Of a stretch of 64,000 bases of DNA, positions 1 through 12,650 are shown piece by piece (position 1 is the first letter of the stretch; each line of letters opens with the position of its first letter). The position numbers and the translations under genes were made by a program. This stretch comes from Camelus dromedarius (lineage: Eukaryota), in NCBI RefSeq assembly GCF_036321535.1, contig NC_087436.1, positions 19,470,001 through 19,534,000 on the forward strand, read 5' to 3'. A model generated the notes under the pieces. It worked only from the letters and a program-made list of their open reading frames with translations, searched no databases and was not told the DNA's origin.

Positions 1-594
1 TTAAAGAAATAGTAACGTTATTCCTGATGGTATATTATTCAGTTTTAAAAGAGAGATTGTAGAGTCTATTTAATGAAAATGATCCTTTGAGCTCCTTACT
101 TTATACTTGGTAATATTTTATTATCATTATGTTGCGTATCCAAGTATTATTTTCTATATGTTGTCCCAATTGACAAAATAATATCTGTAAAATATGATCT
201 TGCTGGAAGCCAACTTGTAATATGGTTTGGATTCATGTATATCCACTATCAAAACATGGTTTCCTCAGCTGGAGCTCTTACTCTCTAAAATGTCTGGTGT
301 AATTGAGAAAACAAATTTGAGGCCGTTGTCTGAGTAACAAAAGCAAAATCCACTGTCCTTTGGTTGGAGGGCTGGCTCACTAAGTACAGTTTGAGCATTG
401 CACTGACTGCGTGAACAATAACGTATGATGATACGTGTTCTACCTGGCCCAATTCTTTGGTAAGATCCAGTGAAGTAAAACTTGTGCTAGAGATTCTTTA
501 GGATTTTTGTTACACTCTTTCACTTTTAAGAAGCTATGCATTCTCATTCCTTGGTCTTTTGCTCTTTTTCCTCTCTACCTTTTTTTTCTTACAT

Positions 595-900
595 TACTTA
601 ATCAGTCAGAAGTGTTTATTGATCTCCTGCACACAGAGGTAGTTTTCTAGTAGCTGTAAAGTGCAAAAAAAAAAAAAAAAAAAAAAAGACATGGGTCCCA
701 CTATGGTGTGGCAATAACAGGTAGAAAAAGAAATACAATGTAAAAGCTAACAAGTCAAACAGAAGTTACCAGATGATGTATGATTGAAAGGTGAGACTCT
801 GAATTGAAAGATCCGACAGAAACAATTTTGCTCTTGGGCCTTGAAGTATGTTAGGACATAGTAGAGAAGAGAGGAGAGGAAAGGGCGTGAGCAATGACAG
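595..900 (-). mobile_element. L2 LINE 3' fragment (continues ~1630-1760 after the LTR)
   Basis: 'aagtgtttattgatctcctgc' resembles the reverse complement of the L2 3' end; degenerate L2-like sequence follows. Confidence 0.45.
665..687 (+). repeat. poly(A)23 tract
   Basis: Uninterrupted A run. Confidence 0.95.
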
Positions 901-1117
901 AGAGGCAGTCGTGTCTTCCATTTTTCATTCCTCTCCCTTTCCCTCCTTTTTCTTTCGTAAAGTTGAAAATTACCAGAAATGGTTGAGAATAAAAATTATG
1001 ATTGGCGATGTTTTAGTCCCGTGTTATAAGAGAAATAATTCTATTTCTCTTTTACCCCTCTCTACCATAGTTACAATGAACCTTAGATTATCAACTGTGC
1101 ACAAGTCTAAACTAAAT

Positions 1118-1616
1118 CAATTAGAATTAGGTTTAGTTTACTTAACAGAAAAAAAAAATAGTGACTTCTACAAGATAAAGGTTTATTACTATATTATGTA
1201 GGATCTGGAGGGATCCTGTCCAGGTATGATTATGGGAGCTTCATGGTCTCATTGTGAACAGAGATACCTATCTTTCTCCTCCATCATCTGCAGCATGCAG
1301 CTTCCTTCATCAAGGTTGCCTCATGATCCAAGATAGCTGCTGGAGCTCCAGCCAAAAAGATACCTGGATAGCAAAGTCTTTACCTTGAGAAAGCACAAAA
1401 GAGCCCCCCTAAAAGCTAAATCTGCTTTCTTTAAACAGAATTCCTGGAATTCTGACACCATACTTGCAGTAGCGTCCTACTGCTGAACTTAGTCCTACGA
1501 TCCTGCCTCGCCTCTGGAGAGGTTGAGACGTGTGGCAATTTGCTAAGAGCTACAAATTGGATTTCTGTTACTAAGGAAGGAGAGAATGTATCAAAGGCAG
1601 CTAGAACTTTCTGCAA
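1118..1616 (-). mobile_element. MaLR solo LTR, MLT1J/K-like
   Basis: Diagnostic 'caagatagctgctggagctccagcc' and 'tctgttactaaggaaggagagaatg' segments in antisense MLT1 orientation. Confidence 0.7.
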
Positions 1617-1864
1617 ATGAGCAGTGTACATCAATTACCAAGAGTTTGAAGAAAGATAAAACTCAGTTGAATGATATGAGAAGGTTTCAGGGAGAAGTTG
1701 ATGCTTGAGCTAGGCTTGGGAAAAGGACTTATTTTAGAGGGAAATTCCAAATGATAGCCTTCATGTTTTATTCTGTTATTGTTAAAGGCTGGTACTTGTT
1801 AGAGGGTTTTATATATATATATGTAAATGAAAAGTATCCAACTATCCTTAAAATTTAGGATTAT

Positions 1865-2020
1865 GGGTAGTAGTATGGTCTCTAGAGTCAGACTGGGTTT
1901 AAATCCCTAGTTGACTGAATACCATCCTAACCACATAACCTTTCCTATATATAAAATAGGGTAATGATAGTACCTAAACTATACAGTTGAGGTGAGGACT
2001 TAATGGGATAATCTAAATAT
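1865..2020 (+). mobile_element. MIR SINE
   Basis: 'tctagagtcagactgggtttaaatcc...tataaaatagggtaatgatagtacct...gtgaggacttaatg' MIR core. Confidence 0.75.
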
Positions 2021-3351
2021 ATAATCTATATAAAATTCTTATATGATGTAATAAGAATAACTGATTTTGTCCAAATTCTGTTTGTTCGTGACCATGGACA
2101 TTGATTAAAAGGAAGAAATTGGTCATCTGTGACTAAGCCCTGTAATTCTAAAATACACTGATTCAATGACTGTCCTCTAGTTATGAGTGACCATTTCTTT
2201 TGTATTTATAAAATGAATTCTGAAAAAGGCTATTTACTTCAGATTGCATTAAACCTTTAAATGAAAAGCTTTTATTAGAAGAATTTTTGAAGAACTCTAA
2301 GGGCATTCTTGTTGATTTTCAGACATCTGGGTATACCAAATAAAATACTGTACCTATTTATAGCTAGTTTAATAATGTCCCAGGTCTAATTAAAACACAG
2401 TGTTTTTAAGAACTAATTGTCACAGAAAACTTTTGTTTTTAAATGTAGCTAGGCCAGTAATAACCAATGATAGATGAATTCAATTTACATAAATTTCAGA
2501 CCAAGAGAATATTTTAAAATCATGCCACAGAGGATTGCTTTAAGAAGTTAATGTCATTATCTCCTCCTCTCATTTAAAGTGTTTGGTTTACAATAATTGT
2601 GGAGCATAATAAGTGTTTTGAGATTTCCCTCTTGATGAGATTTTAATAATATTTGATAGTCCATCACCCTGAATAACTAAACTGTTATCAAAATTTATAT
2701 ATACATTTTTTAAAATGTAAAACCATATATTTCAAGTTCAACCATTTCATGTGTTGCTTCTGCATCAAAAGAAAGATTAAAAAAATAGATTTAGATATTG
2801 TCAACTTTTTGAAAAATTCCAATTGAAAAATCATTTCTTTTTAGAAAGATTCAACTGTGTTGAAAAAAAATTGATCACATGATTTGTTAGACCTTAAGCA
2901 TTTTTGATTTGGAGGCTAAATTCAGTGTTTCCATGTCTTCAAGAATTATAAGATAAAGTCTAAAAGGAAAATGTAGAACTTTTTCTTTTTAGACTCCTTG
3001 GCTTATTTTATTTTTGGTAGCTCCTACTTTTAAAGAGAAACCCTAGTGAGTAACAAAGTCAAAATACCAAATTGAGTTTCTGATAGCTATGTTGTACAAC
3101 ATTATAGCAATTCATGGCAACATAAATTAAGGATTTCTGAAACAGTAGCAAAGAGTCTAAGCAAAGTTAAATCATTTTGGTGAATGTATAACACCTAGTC
3201 TAAAAAACATCTTTGAGTCACTGTTTACTTTCTAAATCTCTTCATTTAAATGATCAAGAATGGTTTTTTATACAATTCTCCTTTAAAATAGTCACTGCCT
3301 GAACCAGAGAAGCTATTCTAAGATGAGTAATTTTCTTTCTTTTTTTGCCAG

Positions 3352-3395
3352 ACCAAGGGTTAAAAGAAACTCCTTACCTTGAGCTGAAGAACTAG
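3352..3395 (+). CDS. Candidate coding part of a terminal exon (phase-1 reading xQGLKETPYLELKN*; alternatives TKG* or PRVKRNSLP*)
   Basis: Strong acceptor 'ttttctttctttttttgccag' (AG 3350-3351); all frames stop within 44 nt; followed by ~1.8 kb of repeat-free UTR-like sequence. Confidence 0.35.
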
Positions 3396-5195
3396 CCAGC
3401 ACATATTTTTCTTCCCTTGCTCGATTGTTCTGTCTTCCCTCTTTGCTTTAGCTGGTCTGCCGTTACTACTCAGCTTTGTAGAAAGATTTGTATAGTTAAA
3501 TGATGCTATTACAGTTGTTGAAAGAAAAAAGTCTCAATCACAAATGCCATGTTTTAATAACTTGGGATATGTGTTTTTACCTTCTTTAGTCTTCCTTTCT
3601 TGTACAGAAATGTGCTCAGCCGCACTCAGAACGGTCAGAGAGGAAGCACATTAACACTGTTACTAGTTGGCTGCTGTGTACCACTGCTCTTTAAAAATCA
3701 GATCAAGAATCTCAAATGTTAACAAAGAACGTTAAGGGTGGTACCATGTAGGACACAATTGTTAATTTGGTTTTCCTTTCACCTAAATCTAGGATGTCAA
3801 TTTTTAATTTAGTTTATGGAATACTCATTTTGTGCAATACTGAAAACCTTGCCAATTTTTTTTTTTCTTAACTTGCTTAAAATCTTAACCAACCCAAATC
3901 ATTCAGTTAAAGTCTTGGTTTCCCCACAGAAGTTCCTGACTTGTTTGTAAAACGGGTTTTTATTTTCATTAAGCTTAAATGCCAGAACAAATGAGCAAAC
4001 AACTGAAGTTTTGAGCAATATTCAGGACCACCTTCCAGGATGTTATTTCAGGTTTATCCTTTTATTGCTAAGGACTTGATAAAACCAGGATTTAAAATAA
4101 CTTACCCTGGGCTTTAAAATAACTTCTGAGCTATATTCAGACAATGGGAAGCTGATTTCTACCTTTATAAAACAGAATCAATCCATCATCATGCTATGCA
4201 TTTTATTCGATCACCAATTTGGGCAAATAAACATTGTAAAAGCTGGATTTCTGAGAACAGACTACTTTCTCTTAAAAAAAGAGTATTTTTCTATTTTCTC
4301 AGAGTCAGCTAGATTAAAGGTACTTTTCTGGGTACTGAAGCAAATACACAAAACATAAATACGTGAAAAAATAAGTAACAGTAAAAGAATTAAGAAAAGA
4401 GGGAAGACAGGAATCACCTTGAAGGTAGTGTCTCCCAAATTTCAGGCACCTTTATGACTTTTGCCATGTCAACTTATTATTTGTATTATTAAATTAAAAA
4501 AATTTTTTTTAAAAATTTTAATTTATTTTAAGGCAAAACTCAACATCAGCATGACAAATAAAAACCAGTTTTGTCATGAACAGCACATAACTGAAATCAA
4601 ATCAAATGGAAAAAAAGCTGTTGTCAATTTGCAGCTAAACTCTGTTGCTTACAGAAGGCTCTGTGTCCGATTCCTGCCCTCCTTTTGGTCAAAAGTGAAG
4701 TTAGCGTCAGTACCAAACCAAGAACTGTCTCCTCCTACAATCTGAACGATTGAAAAAAGATTTGTTTTTACAAAGAGAGTAAGTTTTATCACTAATTGTC
4801 TGTGTGTCCTGTAAGTCATCTTGCTTTGACCTCTACTTTGGACAGCAATGTTCTTAGACTCTGGGAAGCACTGGTCTCTAAGGTCATTTCTCAATCATTT
4901 CAGCAAAAAAGTGAATTAAAACCGTTTGAAGAGGTCAAATGAGGGAACCCTCAGGATCAGGGACTCTGGCAACATGAACGTGTTCATGTGTCTTTTATTA
5001 GAGTATTTTCTACCTAACACTTGTCCAGAAAAGCAGTATGCATGTGTGTCTAACATGTTTATAGAGGTAAAAATGCGCTGTAATGCTCAAATACGGAAAA
5101 CCCTGTATTAGCTACATTTGGATTTGCTTCTCAAACAAACTCTTGTCTAAAGTATAGTTATGTTAAATAAAAAATGGTCTTTGTTACTTTATAAA
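3396..5195 (+). other. Candidate 3'UTR
   Basis: No recognisable interspersed repeats; AATAAA at 4226, 4557 and 5166; GTGCAATA (miR-25/92 8mer) at 3832-3839. Confidence 0.35.
5166..5171 (+). terminator. Candidate polyadenylation signal AATAAA
   Basis: TGTA elements upstream (~5079, ~5104) and T/GT-rich sequence downstream. Confidence 0.35.
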
Positions 5196-5974
5196 AATGT
5201 TCAGAATCCTTACCTACTCCATTTTAGCGGCATGATGTTCTTTGCTGTCCGACAGGACGTGTGTAGCAACTAAATGCATTAGTCACAGTGACCATTTTTC
5301 TTGCAAATTTGTGACATAGATTTAATTATAGAAATGACCAGCAACTTACAAATTTAATTTTGGTGGAGGCTGAGACAACTTTTTTTTTTTTTAATTTTAA
5401 TAATGATGGATTTTTTTTTAAAGCAAAGATTTTATTACTATTTAAAGAAATCTACTGGTAGAGAACTAGCCAATTGACTGAAGTTATTTTATTACCCTTT
5501 AACAAATGCCATGTGCTTTCATTTTTATTTGTATTAATTTTAAAAATGTCATCATTCCCAAACTGGAAAAGTATGTGCTCTTAGGCTCATTTAGGTAAAA
5601 ATGAATAAATATAAATTTGGTGGGGTGGGGGTAGGATGTTTGTAAAGGGCCTCCTAAGGAACGTGATCCTAGTAGTTGGTTGAAAGCAAGACTATTTCCT
5701 TAATTTGAACCCAACTGAACTGCAGAACTACTTAGTCTATGGCCTTTAGCAGGAGATACCCATTAACCACTAAATGATGATAATGAGGTGGAGAACTTTT
5801 ATTTCTCTGTTTCTATTTCTCCAAACTAAAAATTTACTATGATTAACCTGGTGATTAAGCTAGCATTTGGGGAATGTGAGGATAATAGTGTGGTGAGCCA
5901 AACAATAAAGTTTCCTGTCTTCATCTGCGTTACAGATTCTTTTTTTTTTTTTAATGCCTTTATTTATCTAAAAA

Positions 5975-6135
5975 ATTTTTTTTGATAGACTTAATTTTTT
6001 TAGGGCAGTTTCAGGTTTACAGCAGAATTGAGCAGAAAATACAGAGTTCTCACATAGCCCTCCCCATGCACATGTATATACTCCCCTACCCTCAACATCC
6101 CTCATCAGTGTGGCATATTTGGTACAATTGCATCA
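5975..6135 (-). mobile_element. Old L1M-family 3' end
   Basis: 'gcagtttcaggtttacagcagaattgagcagaaaatacagagttc' preceded by a T-rich tail. Confidence 0.75.
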
Positions 6136-6467
6136 CAGATTATTAAGGTGAGAATATTAAGTCCAGTGACTGAAGGGTGGGGAGGAGGTAGTAATTTTCC
6201 ATTCTTAATATTCCTCATTGACTTAGACCCCACTGCCATTCCCAAATAAATCTGGGCATGGGAAAAGAAGCAGGAGGGCATCAGAGGATGCATTAACTGT
6301 GTAAACTTGTGGATTATACCCACCAAACAGAACCATCCCTTTAATTACTGGTCTTTTTGATGAAAGTAAAGCTAGACATCTAAACTCCACTGTGGACTCA
6401 GGTTTTCATGTAAACATCTAGCACTTCTAAAAAACAATGGTTTGTGTTATTAGAAATGGCAGATTGA

Positions 6468-6829
6468 AGAGAGAGGAAAATACCATATGGTATCACTTAT
6501 ATGTGAAATCTTAAAAAAAAAAAAAAAAGACAAGTGAACTTATTTACAAAACAGAAGCAGACTCACAGACATAGAAAACAAAATTATGGTTACCAGGAGG
6601 GAAGGGGGTGGGAAGGGCTAAATTGGAAGTTTGAGATTTACAGGTAGTAAATAATATATATAAAATAGATAAACAAGTTTATACTATATAGCGTAGGGAA
6701 CTATATTCAATATCTTGAAGAACCTATAATGAAAAGGAATATGAAAATGAATATATGTATGACTGAAACGTTATGCTGTACACCAGAAATTGACACATTG
6801 TAAACTGACTACATTACAATAAAAAAAAA
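6468..6829 (+). mobile_element. Young L1 3'UTR with poly(A)
   Basis: 'ataccatatggtatcacttatatgtg...gcagactcacagacatagaaaacaaa...gggaactatattcaatatc...aataaaaaaaaa'. Confidence 0.9.
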
Positions 6830-7558
6830 TGGGCAGAGGAATAGAATTTTTCCGCAGAAGACATACAGATGGCCAATAGGCACATACAAAGATGCTCCAC
6901 ATTACCCATCATCATGGAAATGCAAACCAAAATCAGAGTGAGATATCACCTCACTTCTGTTGGAATGGCTGTTATCAAAAAGGCACAAATAACAGATGTT
7001 GGCAAGGATGTGGAGAAAAGGAAACTCTCGTATACTGTTGGTGGGAATGTAAATTAGTGCAGCCATTATGGAAAACAGTATGGAGGGGCCTCAAAAAACT
7101 AAAAAAAGAACTATCATGTGACCCAGCAATTCCACTCTTGGATATTTATTTGAAAAAAATACAAACACTAATTTTAAGAGGTACATGCACCCTAGTGTTC
7201 ATAGCAGCATTATTTACAATAGCCAAAATATAGAAACAACCTAAGTGTCTATCAACAGGTGAATGGATAAATAAGATGTGGCATATACACACAATGGAAT
7301 ACTACTCAGCTATAAAAAAGAATGAAAATTTGTCATTTATAACAACATGGAGGGTACTATGCTAAGTGAAATAAGTCAGACAGAAAGACAAATACTGTGC
7401 GATATCCCTTGTATGTGGAATCTAAAAAATACAACAAGCTATTTGTAATATTTGTAATATTACAAAAAAGAAGCAGACTCATAGATATAGAGAACAAACT
7501 ATTAGTTTGGTAAGGGATTAAAAAGTACAATCTACTATGTATAAAATAAATAAGCTAT
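6821..7558 (+). mobile_element. L1 ORF2 C-terminal (Cys-rich) region, frameshifted, plus 3'UTR
   Basis: ORF track peptides [12 protein letters not shown]...RYHLT and [29 protein letters not shown]...[10 protein letters not shown] are canonical L1 ORF2p motifs split across frames. Confidence 0.95.
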
Positions 7559-7559
7559 G

Positions 7560-7803
7560 AGGGGAAAGGACAGGGAGGGATAAATTAGGGGTTGGGGATT
7601 AAAAGACCCACGTTACTATATGTAAAATAGATAAACAAGGACCTACTGTATAGCACAGGGAACTATATTCAATTTCTTATAATATATAATGGAAAAGAAT
7701 CTGAAAAGAAAAAAGTATATATATGTATGTATATGTACAATTCAATCACTTTGTTGTACACCTGAAACTGACATTGTAAGTCAACTACACTTCAATAAAA
7801 AAA
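7560..7803 (+). mobile_element. Further L1 3'UTR/poly(A) end
   Basis: 'ggacctactgtatagcacagggaactatattcaa...cttcaataaaaaaa'. Confidence 0.9.
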
Positions 7804-8005
7804 ATTTTTTTTTAAAGGAGTGTAAAATTCCTAGATGTAAATGGCATTTTTCACAGTGTGATTTCCCCAAGCATTCTGGTTCTTAATCATCCTTAAAATT
7901 CAATATTGTATGTCTGCCAACTTAAATGCTTTTAAAAAGCAGCTTATCAGATACTAGAACAAGTTTCTAAGTATATCAAAGGCTGGCTTAGAAAAGTACC
8001 TTATG

Positions 8006-8115
8006 GAGTATGAAAACAAATACATGCATGTATATTCAAGATCAGGACATTGTGCTGCACACCAGAAACTGAAACATTGTAACTGACTGTACTTCAATTA
8101 AAAAGAAAGAAAGAA
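8006..8115 (+). mobile_element. 5'-truncated L1 3' stub with TSD
   Basis: TSD agaaaagtaccttatg (7990-8005) / agaaaaataccttatg (8116-8131); (GAAA)n tail. Confidence 0.9.
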
Positions 8116-8199
8116 AGAAAAATACCTTATGATATGTAACTTATTCTGTAAAAATATTGTGTTTAAATTAACTTTTTAAAAGCTATTATAATTGTAGTA

Positions 8200-8516
8200 C
8201 AGTTAACTCTCCATATCCTCAAGTTCTGCATCCAGGAATTCAACCAACCAAGGATTGAAAATGTTCAGAAAAAAAAATTACAGAAAGTTCCAAAAAGGAA
8301 GACTTGAATTTGCTGCAGTGGCAACTTATTTTTACATAACATTTACATTTTGGTAGGTATTATGAGTAATCTAGAGATGATCTAAAGTATATGGGAGGAT
8401 ATGCATAGATTATATGCAAAAACTACACCCTTTTATATAAAGGACTTGAGTGTCCATAGATTTTATTATCCACAGGGTTCCTAGAACCAATCCCTGCAGA
8501 TACTAAGAGATGACTA
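8200..8516 (-). mobile_element. MER2/MER2B-like TcMar-Tigger MITE
   Basis: Reverse-complement match to MER2 body ('aatctagagatgatctaaagtatatgggagga...ctagaaccaatccctgcagatact'); TA flanks at 8198-8199 and 8517-8518. Confidence 0.85.
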
Positions 8517-8518
8517 TA

Positions 8519-9185
8519 TGTTTAATATCATATGAAATCACCAAACCATTTTCCAAAGTGGTTCTACCATTTTACATTTCTACCAAGAATGTTTGAGGAA
8601 TCCAGCTGCTCCATATCCTGGCCAGCCCTTGGTATTAGCAGTACTTTTTATTTTAGCCATTCGCATAAGTGTATCATGATATGTCATCATAGCTTTAATC
8701 TGTATTTTTCCAATGGCTAATGATGTTGGACATCTTTTTATGTGCTTATTTCCCATCTGTATATCTTCTTGGGGGAGTATCTATTCAAATCTCTTGTCTA
8801 TTTTTTTATGGGTTGTTTTCTTATAATTGCATTGTGAATTTTTAAATATATTTTGAACACCAGTCATTTATCAGGTATGTATTTTGCAACTGTTTTCTCC
8901 TAGTCTGTGGCTTTTCATTTTCTTAATGGTGTCTTTCGAAGAGCAGAAGTTTTCAATTTTGATAAGTCCAGTTTATCTACTTTTTTCTTTTATGGCACAT
9001 GGTTTTTGTGTCTTCTCTAAGAAATTCTTGTTTACCCAAAGTCTCACAATTCTTCACCTGTGTTTTCTTCTAGATGTTTTATAGTTTTTGTTTTTACATG
9101 TAGGACTCCAATCCATTTAGAGTTAATATTTGTATATGATGCCATATATGAGTTGGGATTCATTATCTTGCTTATGGTTGTAGAA
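8519..9185 (-). mobile_element. Old L1M ORF2 3' region
   Basis: 'ttccaaagtggttctaccattttacatt...tttcgaagagcagaagttttcaattttgataagtcca' antisense L1 ORF2. Confidence 0.85.
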
Positions 9186-9688
9186 GTTTCAAGTTTTTCT
9201 GTCTCTTAAATATATTCACCTTTCCTTTCCTGGATCTTTCCATAGCCTTTATACTTATAAAGCTCTTCCCTAGTCACAATGTCAGATAAGGTTTCACATG
9301 TATTTTATCTTTATAGACAAAATGTGTGTCTAATATATGTTTAAAAGCAAAGCTCATCATATAGGAGTTCAGTAAATACAAGTGACAGTTTGAAAGTATG
9401 TCTCCTGATTTAGGTATCATTGGTTAAAGAAGTCAGTGTCTGTTGTGGCTGTCCCTGCTGTTTTTGTTCCCATGTAAGTCCATCTTTGTAGTGATACTTT
9501 TATAGCTACATAGTGATATATATACCTGCCCCTGGAAATAATTAGATTAGTATTCATGACTGTTAAAAATTGTTTCTCTATCTTAGGATATTACCCATGA
9601 CATTAATATAATTATCTTAGAAAAAATTACTTTTTGAAGTATAAAATGGGGACGTACATAAATGAGTAATTGAAAAAACAGAGGACTT

Positions 9689-9828
9689 ACAGAAAAATTA
9701 AAAAAAAATTTGTGTATTGGGGAGTAATTAGGTTTATTTATTTGCTTCTTAATGGAAGTACTGGGGATTGAACCCAGGACCTCGTGCATGCTAAGCAGGC
9801 ACTCTACCACTGAGCTAAACCCTCCTCC
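9689..9828 (-). mobile_element. tRNA-derived SINE, Vic-1-like
   Basis: Antisense B box 'ggggattgaacc' and A box 'ccactgagcta'; TSD cagaggactt (9679-9688 / 9829-9838). Confidence 0.92.
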
Positions 9829-10439
9829 CAGAGGACTTTAAGAAATAAAATGTATAATTTTGAAAACCTTGATCAATTTGATTTTAACTTTTATAATGGA
9901 ACAGGCTCTACTGATCAGGGGAAAGAAATCTCTTCATGATGAGAATATGGTGTCTTGGAAATTAAAGTCAAAGCATCACAGATGTCCAGGCTCATGAAAT
10001 GAACATTGATTCATATTTTACATGTCCACTAATGGTTACTCTGAGGTTGCAGTTTATGCACTTTCTTTCTCTTTTGACAGAACCACATACTTGTTTACTT
10101 TTCCTGGGTAGCGTTTTCTGTGATGTTTCTAGTAAGCAGAGTAATTAAAATGAAAATGCCCACTGTGTTTACAGTTTTCCTTTATGAGGGCACTTGATCT
10201 CATGGTCAGAATTTGTGGTTTAGTTTTTTATTATTCAGACAATTCTCTTGTAAGTAGTTATTTTCCAGCGTTCCTTGGTTTTCACTTGAAAGCTTATGTT
10301 ATTCTTCTTGTCTATTCATTTAGCAGAGATAAAGCTTATTAACGTTATTGTGCTTTTGGTAATTCTCAAGAGCCAAGGTGATGCAACATACCTTCTTTCT
10401 CACCATCCTATATATTGTTGTGAAATAAACTATCTTCAC

Positions 10440-11023
10440 ATACTACTTGTATATGTCACTCTTATGCCTCAATGCCTACAGTGACTCTTAACTGCCCATC
10501 ATCCAACTAACTATTCTGGAGTCCTCCCAGTACAACCCATCCCTTCTCTCTTCAGTATCCTTCTTTCATACCCAGATTAACATTGACTCACTGTTCCCCT
10601 CCCTCTCCTCTAACACTTGGGGCTCCCACCTCTTTACTTATACTGTTCTCATCCTTTCCATATCCTATCAATTTCTCATAAGCCTGTCTGCCCCTTGAAA
10701 ATTTCTCCAGCTTTGCTTTTTCTTTATTTAGCTCTTGAGATGACTTCCCATCTAGATTATAACTGATTGATATAGTTGGTTTAAAATTCTGATCTTGTCT
10801 CCCACCTCTGTTTCTTCCTGTCATCTTGCTCTTATTTTTTTTCTAAAGTACTTATCTTCTAACATTATATATTTATTTAGTATTTTTATTGTCTCTCTTC
10901 TTATCCAAATGAAGACTTCATGAAAATGGGTATTTGTTTTGGGTGGTTTGGTTTACTGCTCTGTCCACAGCACCTGTAGTATCTGGCACATGGTAAGTAC
11001 TCAAAAAATATTTGTTAAATGGA
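10440..11023 (+). mobile_element. L2 3' region
   Basis: Ends 'tctggcacatggtaagtactcaaaaaatatttgttaaatg', the L2 3' terminus. Confidence 0.75.
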
Positions 11024-11565
11024 TAAGACATGGAAGTAACCTAAATGTCCATCAACAGATGATTGGATAAAATTGTGATGTATTTATACAATGGGATACT
11101 ACTCAGCCATAAAAAAGAATGAAATAATGCCCTTTACAGCAACATGGATGGACCTAGAGATCATCATACTAAGTGAAGTAAGCCAGAAAGAGAAAGGAAG
11201 ATACCATATGATACCACCTATATGTGGGATCTAAAAAAAGACATAAATGAACTTATTTCCAAAACAGAAGTAGACTCACAAACATAGAAAACAAACTTAT
11301 GGTTACTGTGGGGGAAGGGAGGGGTTGAGGGATAAATTAGGAGCTCGAGAATTACAGATACTAACTACTATATATAAAATAGATAAGCGGCAAGGTCCTA
11401 CTCTTTAGCACAGGGAACTATATTCAATAGCTTGTAATGACCTATGATGAAAAAAAATATGAAAGGAAATATGTATGTATATGTGTGTGTATAACTGAAT
11501 CACTATTCTGTACACCAGAAATTAACACAACATTTTAGACCTACTATACTTCAATAAACAAAATA
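11024..11565 (+). mobile_element. L1 ORF2 end plus 3'UTR
   Basis: 'aacctaaatgtccatcaacagatga...gcaacatggatggacctagaga...cttcaataaacaaaa'. Confidence 0.92.
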
Positions 11566-12449
11566 GAAATCACCAAATGAATGTTATTTTAACCACTCTT
11601 CTTCATACAGCTAAGATTGTAAAGTATCTTATATATAATATGCACTTAAAATGCATGCTAATTATTACAACTGTATGTTGAATTAGTTTGACAAAAATCC
11701 CAATATCACTATACACCAAACTTTTCTTACTTATGTTAAAGTGATTTTAAATTGTGAGCTTTTAGTCTCAATAGAACATATACTGTAGCCATAGAAATTT
11801 GTGTTGCTTTATATTCACAGTATTGATTTGGAATGAAGGTGCAAACTCATTCCCACATCTAAATTTGATATTGGGTAGTTTGTAAGATTGTCTTCTTATA
11901 GTAACTTCCTGTGAGGAGACTCGGGCAAATCACTTTTATGGATTACTAACCCATATGCTATTATCACTGAAATGATTTATTTTAAATATCAGGAAAGGTT
12001 TTCATGAAAAATTGCTGCAAGTTTGATTAATACATATATATTTATAAAGAGCTGGAGATTTATAAATAAAGGGATGTAGTAAGTGATTGCCATTATATAG
12101 CATTTTAGAGAGTTGTTGCACTGTTGGTATTAAAGAAAAGGATTTTATCATTAAAGCTTATCCTTTAACAACTTGTGAAATATATAATTAATATATAATT
12201 AATAATTAAATGTGACAAGTGAGAGCCAGATTTCTAGGTAATACTGAAAAAAAATTGTACAGTATAGAGAAGAAGTGAAAATACAAGTAAGTCTGAAAAA
12301 CAGAAGAGCTAATTTGATGGTGTATAAAAACGAGATCAAATCCGTATCTGAGAGGCATTAGAAATATTTAGAAAGCAGAAATGACCAAAGAAACAAAAAG
12401 AAAGGAAGAAAAAGAAAGCCAAGGTGATAATGAGGAAGCAGATAACTTG

Positions 12450-12650
12450 AACTTGCAATATGATATGACAGCCAATGAAAGCTAATGCAGTTCCTTCTTT
12501 AGAGGCATCATGTTACAGCCGTTTGCACTTGAGTTTGGTAGGTTCATGATTCAGAATATTGCTTTGACGTTGGTCTTATGTTGTCAGAGGTCAAAGTTTG
12601 TTAAGTAAGATAGAGAAAATAATGAAGATGTGACTTTGGCTGGAAGCATT
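12450..12650 (+). mobile_element. CR1/L3 LINE fragment
   Basis: 'caatatgatatgacagccaatgaaagctaatgcag' resembles the L3 ORF2 consensus. Confidence 0.5.

Noticed and set aside
269..459. Exon-like unit (ttcctcag ... TTG|GTAAGA)
   Set aside because: Short pyrimidine tract, stops in all three frames, no other support
6869..7233. Two ORFs with real protein motifs
   Set aside because: Frameshifted L1 ORF2 remnant, not a host gene
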